A DNA stretch of 64,000 nucleotides, taken from the NCBI GenBank assembly GCA_022828145.1, contig JAJEJA010000009.1, positions 31,254-95,253 of the forward strand, read 5' to 3'. A program made the translations under genes and the position numbers. The notes under the pieces were generated by a model. It was not told the origin of the DNA. It saw nothing but the letters and a program-made list of their open reading frames with translations, and made no database searches. Positions 39,183 through 47,961 of this stretch are shown in pieces. Numbering within the stretch: position 1 is the stretch's first letter; every line of letters starts with the position of its first letter. The DNA comes from Candidatus Poribacteria bacterium (GTDB lineage Bacteria > Poribacteria > WGA-4E > WGA-3G).

Positions 39183-41684
39183 TTAAAATTCCAACGTAAG
39201 TCCAACATAAAAAATTCGGGGTAACTGCTGAATTTCTTCTGATTCCCATTCGTCTATCACGATCTCTTCATCTTGAACAATTATCGTAGCTTCTCTGAAA
39301 CTAAATTTTATCTTGTTTTTTCGGTTGTAGAGGTTGATTATATCAATAAACCCACCGATTTTAGTGCCTCTTACCTTCCACTTATGACTTATCCTGAAAT
39401 CTAACTTATGGTAAGGTTTCAGTTCAGCTTGTAACTCTTCATCAACACTTGCCAACAAAGGATTCAATCCACGTGTTACAGGATCCTGGATGAGTATCAG
39501 CGAACTGATAGGAACTTCAGATGTCCCACTTAGATACTGCCATTTTAGTCCCATTTCAGTGTTCTCTGAAAAACTATAGTTGGAAACAATACTCACTATA
39601 TGTGTATTATCAAATAGGTATGGACTGTATAACGCGTTAGTTTTCTCACGTTGTTCAGCATGTGTATAAGAATATGAAACCCATCCGAAGAATTTATCAG
39701 GAATTCTATGACGTAAGAAGGCTTCAACACCACCTACATAAGCAGAACCTTGATTTTGAAAATTGGAGATGGTATCAGCGGTCGCAATGCTTCCCCCTTC
39801 TGATTCTGCAAGTGCTTCTCCGGGTTGAACTGGTATTCTGTCATTGATGACCATATTCTGGGTATCTTTGTAATATGTTGCAAACTTAAAATCTGTCTGC
39901 TGCGTGAATTCATTTTCTATTTCAAAGATATAATGTCGTGCAATACTTGATTTTAATGATGGGTTGCCGTTGTCAGACAAGAGTTGGTAGGGACTTGGAC
40001 TCTGTTCATACTGTCCGTAAGCAAAACGGAGGTTGAAATCATTCTGGAGTTTGACATTCACACTGGCTCTCGGTTGAACAGAGAGTTCTTCAGTTAGATC
40101 AAGATAATCCAACCGAGCACCAAGTGCTAATGAAAGCGTAGGTATTGGATCGTATCTCGCCTGCAAATAGCCTTCTGACCGATAGAAATCGTGTCCGAAT
40201 TCGAAATGCGTTAGTTCTAAATTTGTTATCTCATATCTGTCAGGTGTAAAGTATCCAAATGTATTGTCGTTATTTACATAAGTAACTTCACCTATTCTAC
40301 TGTCTTCAATGCGTTCATATTCATATATTCTTCCCTCTTCAAAGCTATTTGCTGGACTAAAAGACAGAAGAAAACCCGATTCAAGTTGAATCAAAGGATT
40401 CAACTTATATATGATGTCTTCTCGTAAAGTGTAAACCGGGACATCTATCTTTACCTCATAAGAATTGTTTACGATTTCTTCCGCAACTAATTTTCCATCT
40501 TCAAATACTGCATCTTTAAATTCTGCCTGATCATCTACGACCTTATAAGAGAGAACGATCGGTTCTTTTAGATCAATATCAAGTATATTTAAAGTTCGAG
40601 TTAAAGATAGATTTGATGTCAAATTATCCCATAATTCTGATCGGAGATGAATGCCTTGTCCTGAAAAACCGTTCTTGAAATATATGCCTGTTCTACCAAC
40701 ATCTGGTTGAATACTGTCCGGATCTTCTTCTTCTTTAAAGTCAAAATGGTCTGTAGCAGCAAATGCGTTAACTGTTAGGGTATGTCTGTCATTCAGTTCG
40801 TAATTAAGTTTGATCTGATAATCAGAAAAATAAGGAAACTGTTGTTCAGTTCCTGTCTGTGCTTCAACAATTGGTCCTGCGATTAAATCGAAATAACTTC
40901 TACGTCCTGAGACTGAAATGTACCCTTTATCACCTAATTTGCCTTCAAGTAATCCCTCAGAATAGAGTATATTCAGGTTGAATTTTCCATCTAACCTCCC
41001 TTTAATACTATCACGTGTATGGATATCGAGAACAGATTGTGAATCTAAACCAAACTCAGCCCCATATCCACCAGCATAGATATCAATTTTCTCAATAGTT
41101 TCTGAACTGATAGTTGAAAGAAACCCTCCCCAATGGAATGGATAGCCGAGTTGTGTCCGATCAAGATAGTATAGGTTTGATCCTGGTTCACTACCGCGTA
41201 TATAGAGTATACCAAAAAAATCATTTGGAATCCCGATACTTGGAAGTGTCGTTAAACCCTTAAGCGCATCTGTACCAACCCCAGCAATACGCAAGAGTTC
41301 GTTTCCCCGTATATCTTTTCTACTAATCGTTAGGGGTATACGTTCACCTTCAACAACGACTGTTTCTAATTCAAATACCTCCCCAAGGGATACTCTCGTC
41401 TGTGTTGTATGTCCTGCTGTAACTTCTACAGTGACATTTATCGGTGTTGGAAACGAATTATGAGAAATAGAAAGAGAGTATGTGCCTGGCGGGATTCCCG
41501 TAAACCATACTTTACCTTCAGCATTACTTTTTTCACGTTGATCTGTCTCTATGAGATGTACTTCTGCATTTTCAAGTGGTCTTTCTGTATTTTGATTATA
41601 GACGGTGATTTCGATTGTACCTGTTTGTGCAACAGCAGTTGCAGCAAAAACGAAGAATAACATTAAACTGACAAATTGCTTCAA
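39183..41684 (-). CDS. TonB-dependent receptor with an N-terminal carboxypeptidase-regulatory-like domain
   Basis: 833 aa with a signal peptide, GTIEITVYN...GTYSLSISH, a plug, and a barrel ending ...LTLEF. TTG start with an AAGGAG SD. Confidence 0.8.
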   Translation of the reverse strand: MKQFVSLMLFFVFAATAVAQTGTIEITVYNQNTERPLENAEVHLIETDQREKSNAEGKVWFTGIPPGTYSLSISHNSFPTPINVTVEVTAGHTTQTRVSLGEVFELETVVVEGERIPLTISRKDIRGNELLRIAGVGTDALKGLTTLPSIGIPNDFFGILYIRGSEPGSNLYYLDRTQLGYPFHWGGFLSTISSETIEKIDIYAGGYGAEFGLDSQSVLDIHTRDSIKGRLDGKFNLNILYSEGLLEGKLGDKGYISVSGRRSYFDLIAGPIVEAQTGTEQQFPYFSDYQIKLNYELNDRHTLTVNAFAATDHFDFKEEEDPDSIQPDVGRTGIYFKNGFSGQGIHLRSELWDNLTSNLSLTRTLNILDIDLKEPIVLSYKVVDDQAEFKDAVFEDGKLVAEEIVNNSYEVKIDVPVYTLREDIIYKLNPLIQLESGFLLSFSPANSFEEGRIYEYERIEDSRIGEVTYVNNDNTFGYFTPDRYEITNLELTHFEFGHDFYRSEGYLQARYDPIPTLSLALGARLDYLDLTEELSVQPRASVNVKLQNDFNLRFAYGQYEQSPSPYQLLSDNGNPSLKSSIARHYIFEIENEFTQQTDFKFATYYKDTQNMVINDRIPVQPGEALAESEGGSIATADTISNFQNQGSAYVGGVEAFLRHRIPDKFFGWVSYSYTHAEQREKTNALYSPYLFDNTHIVSIVSNYSFSENTEMGLKWQYLSGTSEVPISSLILIQDPVTRGLNPLLASVDEELQAELKPYHKLDFRISHKWKVRGTKIGGFIDIINLYNRKNKIKFSFREATIIVQDEEIVIDEWESEEIQQLPRIFYVGLTLEF

Positions 41685-41923
41685 ATTACCTTCTCCTTAG
41701 GGGATTATATACAAGAATGAAACGATACGAAGCTATTCTTCGTTGACTCAAAATTGATTTTTAATTGTTTTTTTTGAATCTGGTCATAAAATGGGTAATG
41801 TGCAGCACCGTCAATGTTATTTGGGGTTAGACGCATAATCACACAGGTGAAAACGATGATGCTGTTTTCACTATCTGGTTGGAGAACTACCGTGACGAAT
41901 TCAGGACCGCTTACTGCATCGGT

Positions 41924-42184
41924 TCAAACTTCCGACTCATACAATGCTTGTAATAATGCATCAACATCGGTGGTGTTGCTTGCTTTGTTAAACAGATCTA
42001 CCAAACGATCATGGTCCTGAATAGATTCAAGTGTCTGCTTTACAAGTTGTATATCGCTTGACGGAATACTCCCAATAAGCACTCTCAAAATATGTGTGAT
42101 AAGATATTTACGTTCTCTTTCTCTTCTTAAATGTTCTTCAAAGGAAAAATGTTCAATATAGGTAAAGGGAGATTCTTGCATCAT
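41924..42184 (-). CDS. Small hypothetical protein (86 aa)
   Basis: GGAGG SD upstream. It is preceded by a consensus minus-strand promoter that is part of the inverted E module. Confidence 0.4.
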   Translation of the reverse strand: MMQESPFTYIEHFSFEEHLRRERERKYLITHILRVLIGSIPSSDIQLVKQTLESIQDHDRLVDLFNKASNTTDVDALLQALYESEV

Positions 42185-42288
42185 TTCCTCCGATATTAGT
42201 TTCGGCGTACCTATCCATCAGAAACTTCACGATTTCATCAAATTGTGCCATGTTATGTGTTCCGCCTTTCGGACAAGTACTTTTATTG

Positions 42289-42318
42289 ATTATACTTGAT
42301 GGGACGGTGGATTGTCAA
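42289..42318 (-). promoter_or_regulatory. Sigma70 consensus promoter (minus strand) driving the small ORF at 42184
   Basis: On the minus strand: TTGACA (42318..42313), 18-nt spacer, TATAAT (42294..42289). Confidence 0.5.
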
Positions 42319-42357
42319 GGGAAGTTTTTGCCACTCTATTTGTCTGAATCGCGGAGG
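42319..42357 (-). repeat. Inverted copy of the upstream module E (tccgcgattc(a/t)gacaaatagagtg(g)caaaaactt)
   Basis: Revcomp of 42320-42355 = tccgcgattcagacaaatagagtggcaaaaacttcc; this matches the 42839-42872 part of E1 at 34 of 35 aligned positions (one indel). Together they form roughly 40-bp inverted flanks around the repeat island. Confidence 0.75.
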
Positions 42358-42363
42358 ACGTGG

Positions 42364-42545
42364 TAATACCCCCAGGCCGGTAGGTTTGGTTTCCTAACCG
42401 AACCGGATTCTACGCGAAAACCTTAATACCCCAGGCCGGTAGGTTTGGTTTCCTAACCGAACCGGATTCTACGCGAAAACCTTAATACCCCAGGCCGGTA
42501 GGTTTGGTTTCCTAACCGAACCGGATTCTACGCGAGAACCTTTAT
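42364..42545. repeat. 59-bp tandem direct repeat x3, each unit containing a family-A-like hairpin (ccggtaggtttggtttcctaaccgaaccgg)
   Basis: Unit: taataccccaggccggtaggtttggtttcctaaccgaaccggattctacgcgaaaacct. The hairpin cores start at 42377, 42436 and 42495, giving a 59-bp period. The units are near-identical, so these are not CRISPR spacers. Confidence 0.85.
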
Positions 42546-42564
42546 AAACGCAAATGAAGCAAAG

Positions 42565-42594
42565 CCGGTTCGGTTGGGAAACCGAACCTACCGG
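42565..42594. repeat. Inverted family-A-like copy terminating the tandem array
   Basis: ccggttcggttgggaaaccgaacctaccgg is the revcomp of ccggtaggttcggtttcccaaccgaaccgg. Confidence 0.8.
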
Positions 42595-42634
42595 CCTGGG
42601 GAAATCTGATTTTTCAAACTCACGTTAAATATAG

Positions 42635-42780
42635 AAGCACAATCTAACAGAATGTGCTACGGCAGTGTGAAGATGGATGGTGTGGGGGGAAGGATAATGA
42701 TGGATGAAAGGGGTTGGAGGAAGAAGCACAATCTAACAGAATGTGCTACAAAGAAAGGCACAATCTAACAGAATGTGCTA
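42635..42780. repeat. Repeat family D: three copies of the hairpin AGCACAATCTAACAGAATGTGCTAC
   Basis: Copies at 42635-42660, 42725-42748 and 42757-42780. The stem is AGCACA/TGTGCT with an 11-nt loop. Copies 1 and 3 are followed by ggcagtgt(g/c)aag. Confidence 0.8.
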
Positions 42781-42837
42781 CGGCAGTGTCAAGTAGGTTA
42801 GGAACATGAGCCTCTTAAAATCCGCGAAATCTGTGAA

Positions 42838-42925
42838 ATCCGCGATTCTGACAAATAGAGTGCAAAAACTTTACACACCCCACCCGTATTATATTATTGA
42901 CACTCACAAATAGGTGTGGTAATAT
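42838..42925 (+). promoter_or_regulatory. Upstream module E1 plus sigma70 promoter for lnt-prfB
   Basis: atccgcgattctgacaaatagagtgcaaaaactttacacaccc (42838-42880), then TTGACA (42897-42902), 17-nt spacer, TAATAT (42920-42925). A near-identical module precedes the GGGPS gene at 57731. Confidence 0.6.
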
Positions 42926-42947
42926 TTCCATAAGTTTATTTGATCTT

Positions 42948-44528
42948 ATGGTAAGAACTTTGAGTTTTGTAAAACGTTATCGTTATCTACTTGCAGGCAG
43001 TTCAGGGATTCTCTTGTTTTGTAGTTTTCCTAATGTCAACTTCTTTCCACTGGCGTGGGTCGCATTAATTCCTTTATTAATCGCACTTGAGACGGGAGTG
43101 AGTCGGAAATCCTCATTTTTGATGGGGTACATAACAGGATTGGTTTTTTTCGCGGGTCTATTGTTAGCAATTGTTCTGCTATATCCTTATGCACACATCC
43201 TAACAACCTTACTCGGTTATACACTCTTAGTAGGTTATACTGCACTCTATTTTGCAGTCTTTGCAGTATTAGTCCATATTTTGCCATGGCGGACAGGCAT
43301 ATTATACCCTACTGCTGTCGCTTCAATCTGGGTTGGTTTAGAATGGATCAAAGGTTGGCTCTTAACCGGATTTCCGTGGGGGAATATCGGATATTCACAG
43401 TGGAACTTTGTTCAAGGAATTCAGATTGCATCTATCACCGGTGTTTACGGAATCAGCTTTATAGTTGTTTTCTTTAATGCAGGAATTGCGAAGTTAATCG
43501 TTAATATAGACAGATGGCGCGATGAACTGATAACTGTCATAGTGCCGTGTTTGTTAACGATAGTGTGTATTACCTACGGTTTTGTGGTCATAAATAGGCA
43601 TGATAATACAGAAAGCAGTCTACAGGTTGCGCTTGTACCTGGTAATATCTCACAACTTGAGAAATGGCAAAGATCGAATTTTCCAAGAATATTCGCAAAG
43701 TACCTCAACTTGTCAAAAAAAGCTGCGTTAAAAAAACCGGATATAATTGTCTGGCCTGAGACCGCTGTAAGCGGAGATGTGTTATCAGGCAAATTACCAA
43801 ACTACAACAAACGCTTTAAGGAATTCCAAGTGCAGATCGGGAACATACCTATGCTTATCGGAGCGACTGATCTTGATGCATACAACGATCTTTACAACCG
43901 TGTCATATCGGTATCTTCTGACAGTGAGATCGTTGGCAAATATGCGAAAATGCACCTCGTGCCGTTTGGAGAGTATGTACCATTAGCTGACTTTTTACCA
44001 AACTTTATCCAATTTCAACCTTATGAACACGGCAAGACGTTAGATACGTTACCAATTGTAAATGTTCAGCAACCAAAAGATGGCAATTTAAAGGTTGGAA
44101 CATCAATATGCTTCGAATCGGCGTTTCCAAATCATTTTCGCAAGTTCGTGAAAAAGGGGGCAGATGTAATGGGGATTCTGACCAACGATGCTTGGTTTAT
44201 CGGAACTGCATTCCCTGAACTTCACTTAGCAATGGCACCGATGCGGGCAGTAGAGAACAGAATCGCTGTTTTCAGATGTGCAAATGGAGGATATACATGT
44301 GTCGTTGACAAGTATGGAAGAATAAAAAGACCGATGGTAACACCCCAACAAACAGAAGACCAATTCATAAACGCGGAAATAGATCTTAAAGAAGGAAACC
44401 AGACACTTTACACACGCTATGGCGATTGGTTACCTATTCTCTGTGTCGTGTTTTCTATCGTCAGTTTAACAGCAGTACGAATACTCGGTTTAATCTCATC
44501 AATAACGCAATCAACGAAATCAAAATAA
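42948..44528 (+). CDS. lnt: Apolipoprotein N-acyltransferase
   Basis: Polytopic N-terminal region plus a C-terminal CN-hydrolase domain (...IIVWPETAV..., ...CFESAFP...). Start ATG 42948 was chosen because the track start at 42897 lies inside the promoter. Confidence 0.8.
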   Translation: MVRTLSFVKRYRYLLAGSSGILLFCSFPNVNFFPLAWVALIPLLIALETGVSRKSSFLMGYITGLVFFAGLLLAIVLLYPYAHILTTLLGYTLLVGYTALYFAVFAVLVHILPWRTGILYPTAVASIWVGLEWIKGWLLTGFPWGNIGYSQWNFVQGIQIASITGVYGISFIVVFFNAGIAKLIVNIDRWRDELITVIVPCLLTIVCITYGFVVINRHDNTESSLQVALVPGNISQLEKWQRSNFPRIFAKYLNLSKKAALKKPDIIVWPETAVSGDVLSGKLPNYNKRFKEFQVQIGNIPMLIGATDLDAYNDLYNRVISVSSDSEIVGKYAKMHLVPFGEYVPLADFLPNFIQFQPYEHGKTLDTLPIVNVQQPKDGNLKVGTSICFESAFPNHFRKFVKKGADVMGILTNDAWFIGTAFPELHLAMAPMRAVENRIAVFRCANGGYTCVVDKYGRIKRPMVTPQQTEDQFINAEIDLKEGNQTLYTRYGDWLPILCVVFSIVSLTAVRILGLISSITQSTKSK

Positions 44529-44540
44529 CGGATGGAGAAT

Positions 44541-45636
44541 ATGCTATCAGACTATAAATCAGAAATAGATAGGATTACGATTCAACTACAAGAACTCAGG
44601 GGGTTTCTTTGACCTGCCAACAAAACAGCAAGAGTTGGTTGAACTTGAGAAAGAAGCATTGAAACCAGATTTCTGGGCAAACTCCCAACAGGTGCAAAAA
44701 GTAAATCAACGGATATCTTTTCTCAAAGATGAAATTGGTGAATATGAAAAAGTAGCAGGTTTAGTTGAAGATTTACAAACCTTATTGGAGCTTGCCATTG
44801 AAGAAAACGACAACAGTTTTGAACCTGAAATTGAAAGCGGATTAAAGGAAGTTACCGCACAGTTAGAGAAAATCGAATTGCGATTGATGCTGAACGGTGA
44901 GTTTGACCATAACAACGCAATACTGAACATCCATCCAGGCGCAGGCGGCGTTGATGCACAGGATTGGGCAGGGATGCTGATGCGAATGTATCTGCGTTGG
45001 TGCGACCAACATAGCTACACTTCCGAAATAGCAGATATCACTCCTGGGGACGAAGCAGGAATTAAAGGTGCAACTATTTTTGTCAGCGGTCCATCAGCTT
45101 ATGGATACCTTCAAGCTGAATCTGGGGTTCACCGACTGGTTCGGTTATCCCCTTTCGACTTCAACAAACGACGACACACCTCTTTTGCAGCAGTCCATGT
45201 TACCCCCGAAATTGATGACAGTGTTGAAGTAGAAATCAGTACTGAAGACCTACGTATTGATACGTTTCGTGCAAGCGGTGCAGGTGGGCAACATGTGAAT
45301 GTAACAGACTCTGCTGTCCGTATTACGCACAAACCAACGGGCATAATGGTGCAGTGTCAGAATGAACGTTCTCAACACAAGAATAGAGAAATTGCCATGA
45401 AGGAAATGCGTTCTCGATTGTATCTGTTCTATCGCGCACAACGTGATGAGGAAATTGCCAAACTACAACCTGAACGTAGAAATATCGACTTTGGAAGCCA
45501 AATCCGATCTTATGTCTTGCATCCGTATCAACGTGTGAAAGATACGAGAACTAACATTGAAACAGGAAACGTTGATGCTGTCTTGAACGGGGATTTAGAT
45601 GCCTTTATAGAGGGTTATTTGAAAACAAAACCATAA
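44541..45636 (+). CDS. prfB: Peptide chain release factor 2, expressed via a programmed +1 ribosomal frameshift at CUU UGA C (44607-44613)
   Basis: Frame 0 reads MLSDYKSEIDRITIQLQELRGFL, then TGA (44610-44612). The +1 frame continues DLPTKQQELVELEKEALKPDFW... through the RF2 body (SPFD, GGQHVNVTDSAVRITHKPTG). An AGGGGG SD-like element lies 3 nt upstream of CUU, as in E. coli prfB. Confidence 0.9.
44598..44613 (+). promoter_or_regulatory. RF2 autoregulatory frameshift site (AGGGGG UUU CUU UGA C)
   Basis: Seen directly in the sequence. The +1 frame is confirmed by continuity with the 44635..45636 ORF (offset 24 nt). Confidence 0.9.
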
Positions 45637-45766
45637 TAGTCTTATGTCAGTTTTCCTGAAGAAACCTAATGGATAATGCATCAGATAAGTCAACATAGTT
45701 GTGTAAAGGTAAACGGAATTTTTAAATGGGCAGAAATCAAGCGTAGATAATTTTCAAGTATTCAAG

Positions 45767-45795
45767 TTGCACTGAAGGAAAAATGAGAGTATAAT
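45767..45795 (+). promoter_or_regulatory. Sigma70 promoter for lysS
   Basis: TTGCAC, 17-nt spacer, TATAAT. Confidence 0.55.
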
Positions 45796-45830
45796 TATAT
45801 ATACCATAGAATAGGAAGGCGGAAGAAAGT

Positions 45831-47303
45831 ATGGACGAAACCAATGAGCTCATGCGGCAACGCAAAGAAAAACTAAATGAAATCCGGAATGCCGGTATTG
45901 ACCCATATCCACATCAATATGAACCAACACACACGACCCAAGGTATACACGAAAAATACAAAGATGTCAATGAAATACCCGATGAGAAAAACTGTGTGAC
46001 GATTGCTGGTCGGATAATGACAAAGCGCGACCATGGGAAAAGTAGTTTCGCACATCTGCAGGATAGCACTGGACGTATCCAGGTATATGTGCGGCGAGAC
46101 AGCGTTGGACCTGACTCTTACCTTATCTATCGTCGCTTTGATGTCGGAGACATAATCGGTGTAAGCGGTGTCATATTTCGGACTCGAACAGGCGAGCTAA
46201 CAATAAACGTTGATAAAGTTGAACTACTCTCTAAATCCATCCGACCCCTGCCTGAAAAATGGCACGGACTGACAGATAAACAGACGCGGTATAGACAACG
46301 TTACGCTGACCTTATTATGAATCCTGAAGTGAAAGAGGTATTCCTAAAAAGAACGCATATTGTTCAGGCAATAAGAGATATGCTCAACGATCAAGACTTT
46401 ATTGAAGTTGAAACACCTATACTGCAACCGATCTATGGTGGCGCAAGTGCCCGACCTTTCACAACGTATCATAATACTTTAGATCAACCCTTATATCTTA
46501 GAATCGCAAATGAACTATACTTAAAAAGACTAATTGTCGGTGGGATTGATAAGGTATACGAATTTTCACGGGATTTTCGGAATGAGGGTATGGATAGAGA
46601 CCATAATCCAGAATTCACAATGCTTGAACTCTATCAAGCTTATGCAGATTATATTCAAGTCATGGAGTTAACTGAGAATCTAATTGCTAAAACAGCAGAA
46701 AAAATACACGGCTCAACAAAAATTACATATCAGGGGCAAGAGATAGACTTTTCACCACCCTGGCGAAGAATGACGATGATAGAGTCTATCAAAGAGCATA
46801 GCAGCTTTAATCCTGAAGCACTATCTGAAGATGAACTCTACTCAAAAGTTGTCCATGCAGGAATTGAATTGGATGGAAACGAATCTAAAGGAAAAATGAT
46901 TGCTCAAATTTTTGATACTTATGTAGAGGACAAGCTGATTCAACCCACTTTCATCTATGACTATCCGATAGAAGTATCGCCATTCGCGAAAAAGAAACCG
47001 GAGAATCCGGAATTCGTAGAAAGATTCGAGTTTTTTGTCGCTGGTATGGAATTAGGTAATGCCTTCAGTGAACTGAATGATCCAATTGATCAGAGACAAC
47101 GTTTTCTTGAGCAAGCAGCAAATTTAGAAAAAGGTGATGATGAAGCATTTATGGTTGATGAAGATTATCTGCGTGCTTTAGAATATGGCATGCCACCAAC
47201 GGGAGGCTTGGGGATTGGAATAGATAGATTGACTATGTTGTTAACTGATCAATACTCAATACGGGATGTTATCCTATTTCCACAGATGCGACCAGAGAAT
47301 TAA
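45831..47303 (+). CDS. lysS: Lysine--tRNA ligase (class II)
   Basis: 490 aa with an N-terminal OB anticodon-binding domain and class II motifs (...[20 protein letters not shown]..., ...[10 protein letters not shown]...). Confidence 0.9.
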   Translation: MDETNELMRQRKEKLNEIRNAGIDPYPHQYEPTHTTQGIHEKYKDVNEIPDEKNCVTIAGRIMTKRDHGKSSFAHLQDSTGRIQVYVRRDSVGPDSYLIYRRFDVGDIIGVSGVIFRTRTGELTINVDKVELLSKSIRPLPEKWHGLTDKQTRYRQRYADLIMNPEVKEVFLKRTHIVQAIRDMLNDQDFIEVETPILQPIYGGASARPFTTYHNTLDQPLYLRIANELYLKRLIVGGIDKVYEFSRDFRNEGMDRDHNPEFTMLELYQAYADYIQVMELTENLIAKTAEKIHGSTKITYQGQEIDFSPPWRRMTMIESIKEHSSFNPEALSEDELYSKVVHAGIELDGNESKGKMIAQIFDTYVEDKLIQPTFIYDYPIEVSPFAKKKPENPEFVERFEFFVAGMELGNAFSELNDPIDQRQRFLEQAANLEKGDDEAFMVDEDYLRALEYGMPPTGGLGIGIDRLTMLLTDQYSIRDVILFPQMRPEN

Positions 47304-47321
47304 TATGCCGGGGAATTAAGA

Positions 47322-47888
47322 ATGAATATGAAAGACACACCTACTTTACATACAAAAAGGTTGATATTACGCGCTTTTACGATTGAGGACGCACACGATG
47401 TTCAAAGACTAGCAGGAGAACGCGATGTCGCAGCAACAACCAGTAACCTTCCTCATCCTTATGAAGATGGTATGGCAGAAGCATGGATAAGTACACATCC
47501 AGATAGATTAAAAAAAGGAAAAGGTGTTGTTTGGGCAATCACACGCATAGAGGATGATTCCTATACAGACACAAGTCTAATTGGGGCAATTGGCATAAAT
47601 ATTGATAAATCTGAAAAAATCGGTGAACTTGGATACTGGATAGGAAAACCTTATTGGAATTGTGGTTACTGTTCGGAAGCCGCGAAGGCAGTGCTAAACT
47701 ATGGGTTGGATGTACTCAAATTAAAAAGTATCCATGCATTCTATCTCGCTAAGAATCCTGCATCTGGACGCGTCATGCAGAAAATCGGTATGGAATTTGA
47801 GCAACGCTTCCCAAAGGCAGTGGAGAAATGGGGCGTACTTGAAGATATAATTAAATACAACATACAAAACAAAACAGCGGATGTCTAA
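47322..47888 (+). CDS. GNAT-family N-acetyltransferase (RimJ/RimL-like)
   Basis: 188 aa with a GNAT fold pattern. Confidence 0.65.
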   Translation: MNMKDTPTLHTKRLILRAFTIEDAHDVQRLAGERDVAATTSNLPHPYEDGMAEAWISTHPDRLKKGKGVVWAITRIEDDSYTDTSLIGAIGINIDKSEKIGELGYWIGKPYWNCGYCSEAAKAVLNYGLDVLKLKSIHAFYLAKNPASGRVMQKIGMEFEQRFPKAVEKWGVLEDIIKYNIQNKTADV

Positions 47889-47961
47889 TTCAAAAGCATT
47901 ATGAATGAAGTAGGCTACAGATGCATTGTTTTGTTTGTTACAATACGACAACCTGGACTAT

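Noticed and set aside
42364-42594. Regularly spaced hairpin repeats that superficially resemble a CRISPR array
   Set aside because: The sequences between hairpin cores are identical in all three units, so there are no unique spacers. The unit is 59 bp in total, one copy is inverted, and no cas genes are nearby. It was classified as a tandem MITE/REP-like array instead.
42897-42947. ORF-track start of lnt at 42897
   Set aside because: This start coincides with the TTGACA -35 hexamer of the promoter, so it would lie upstream of the transcript start. ATG 42948 was used instead.
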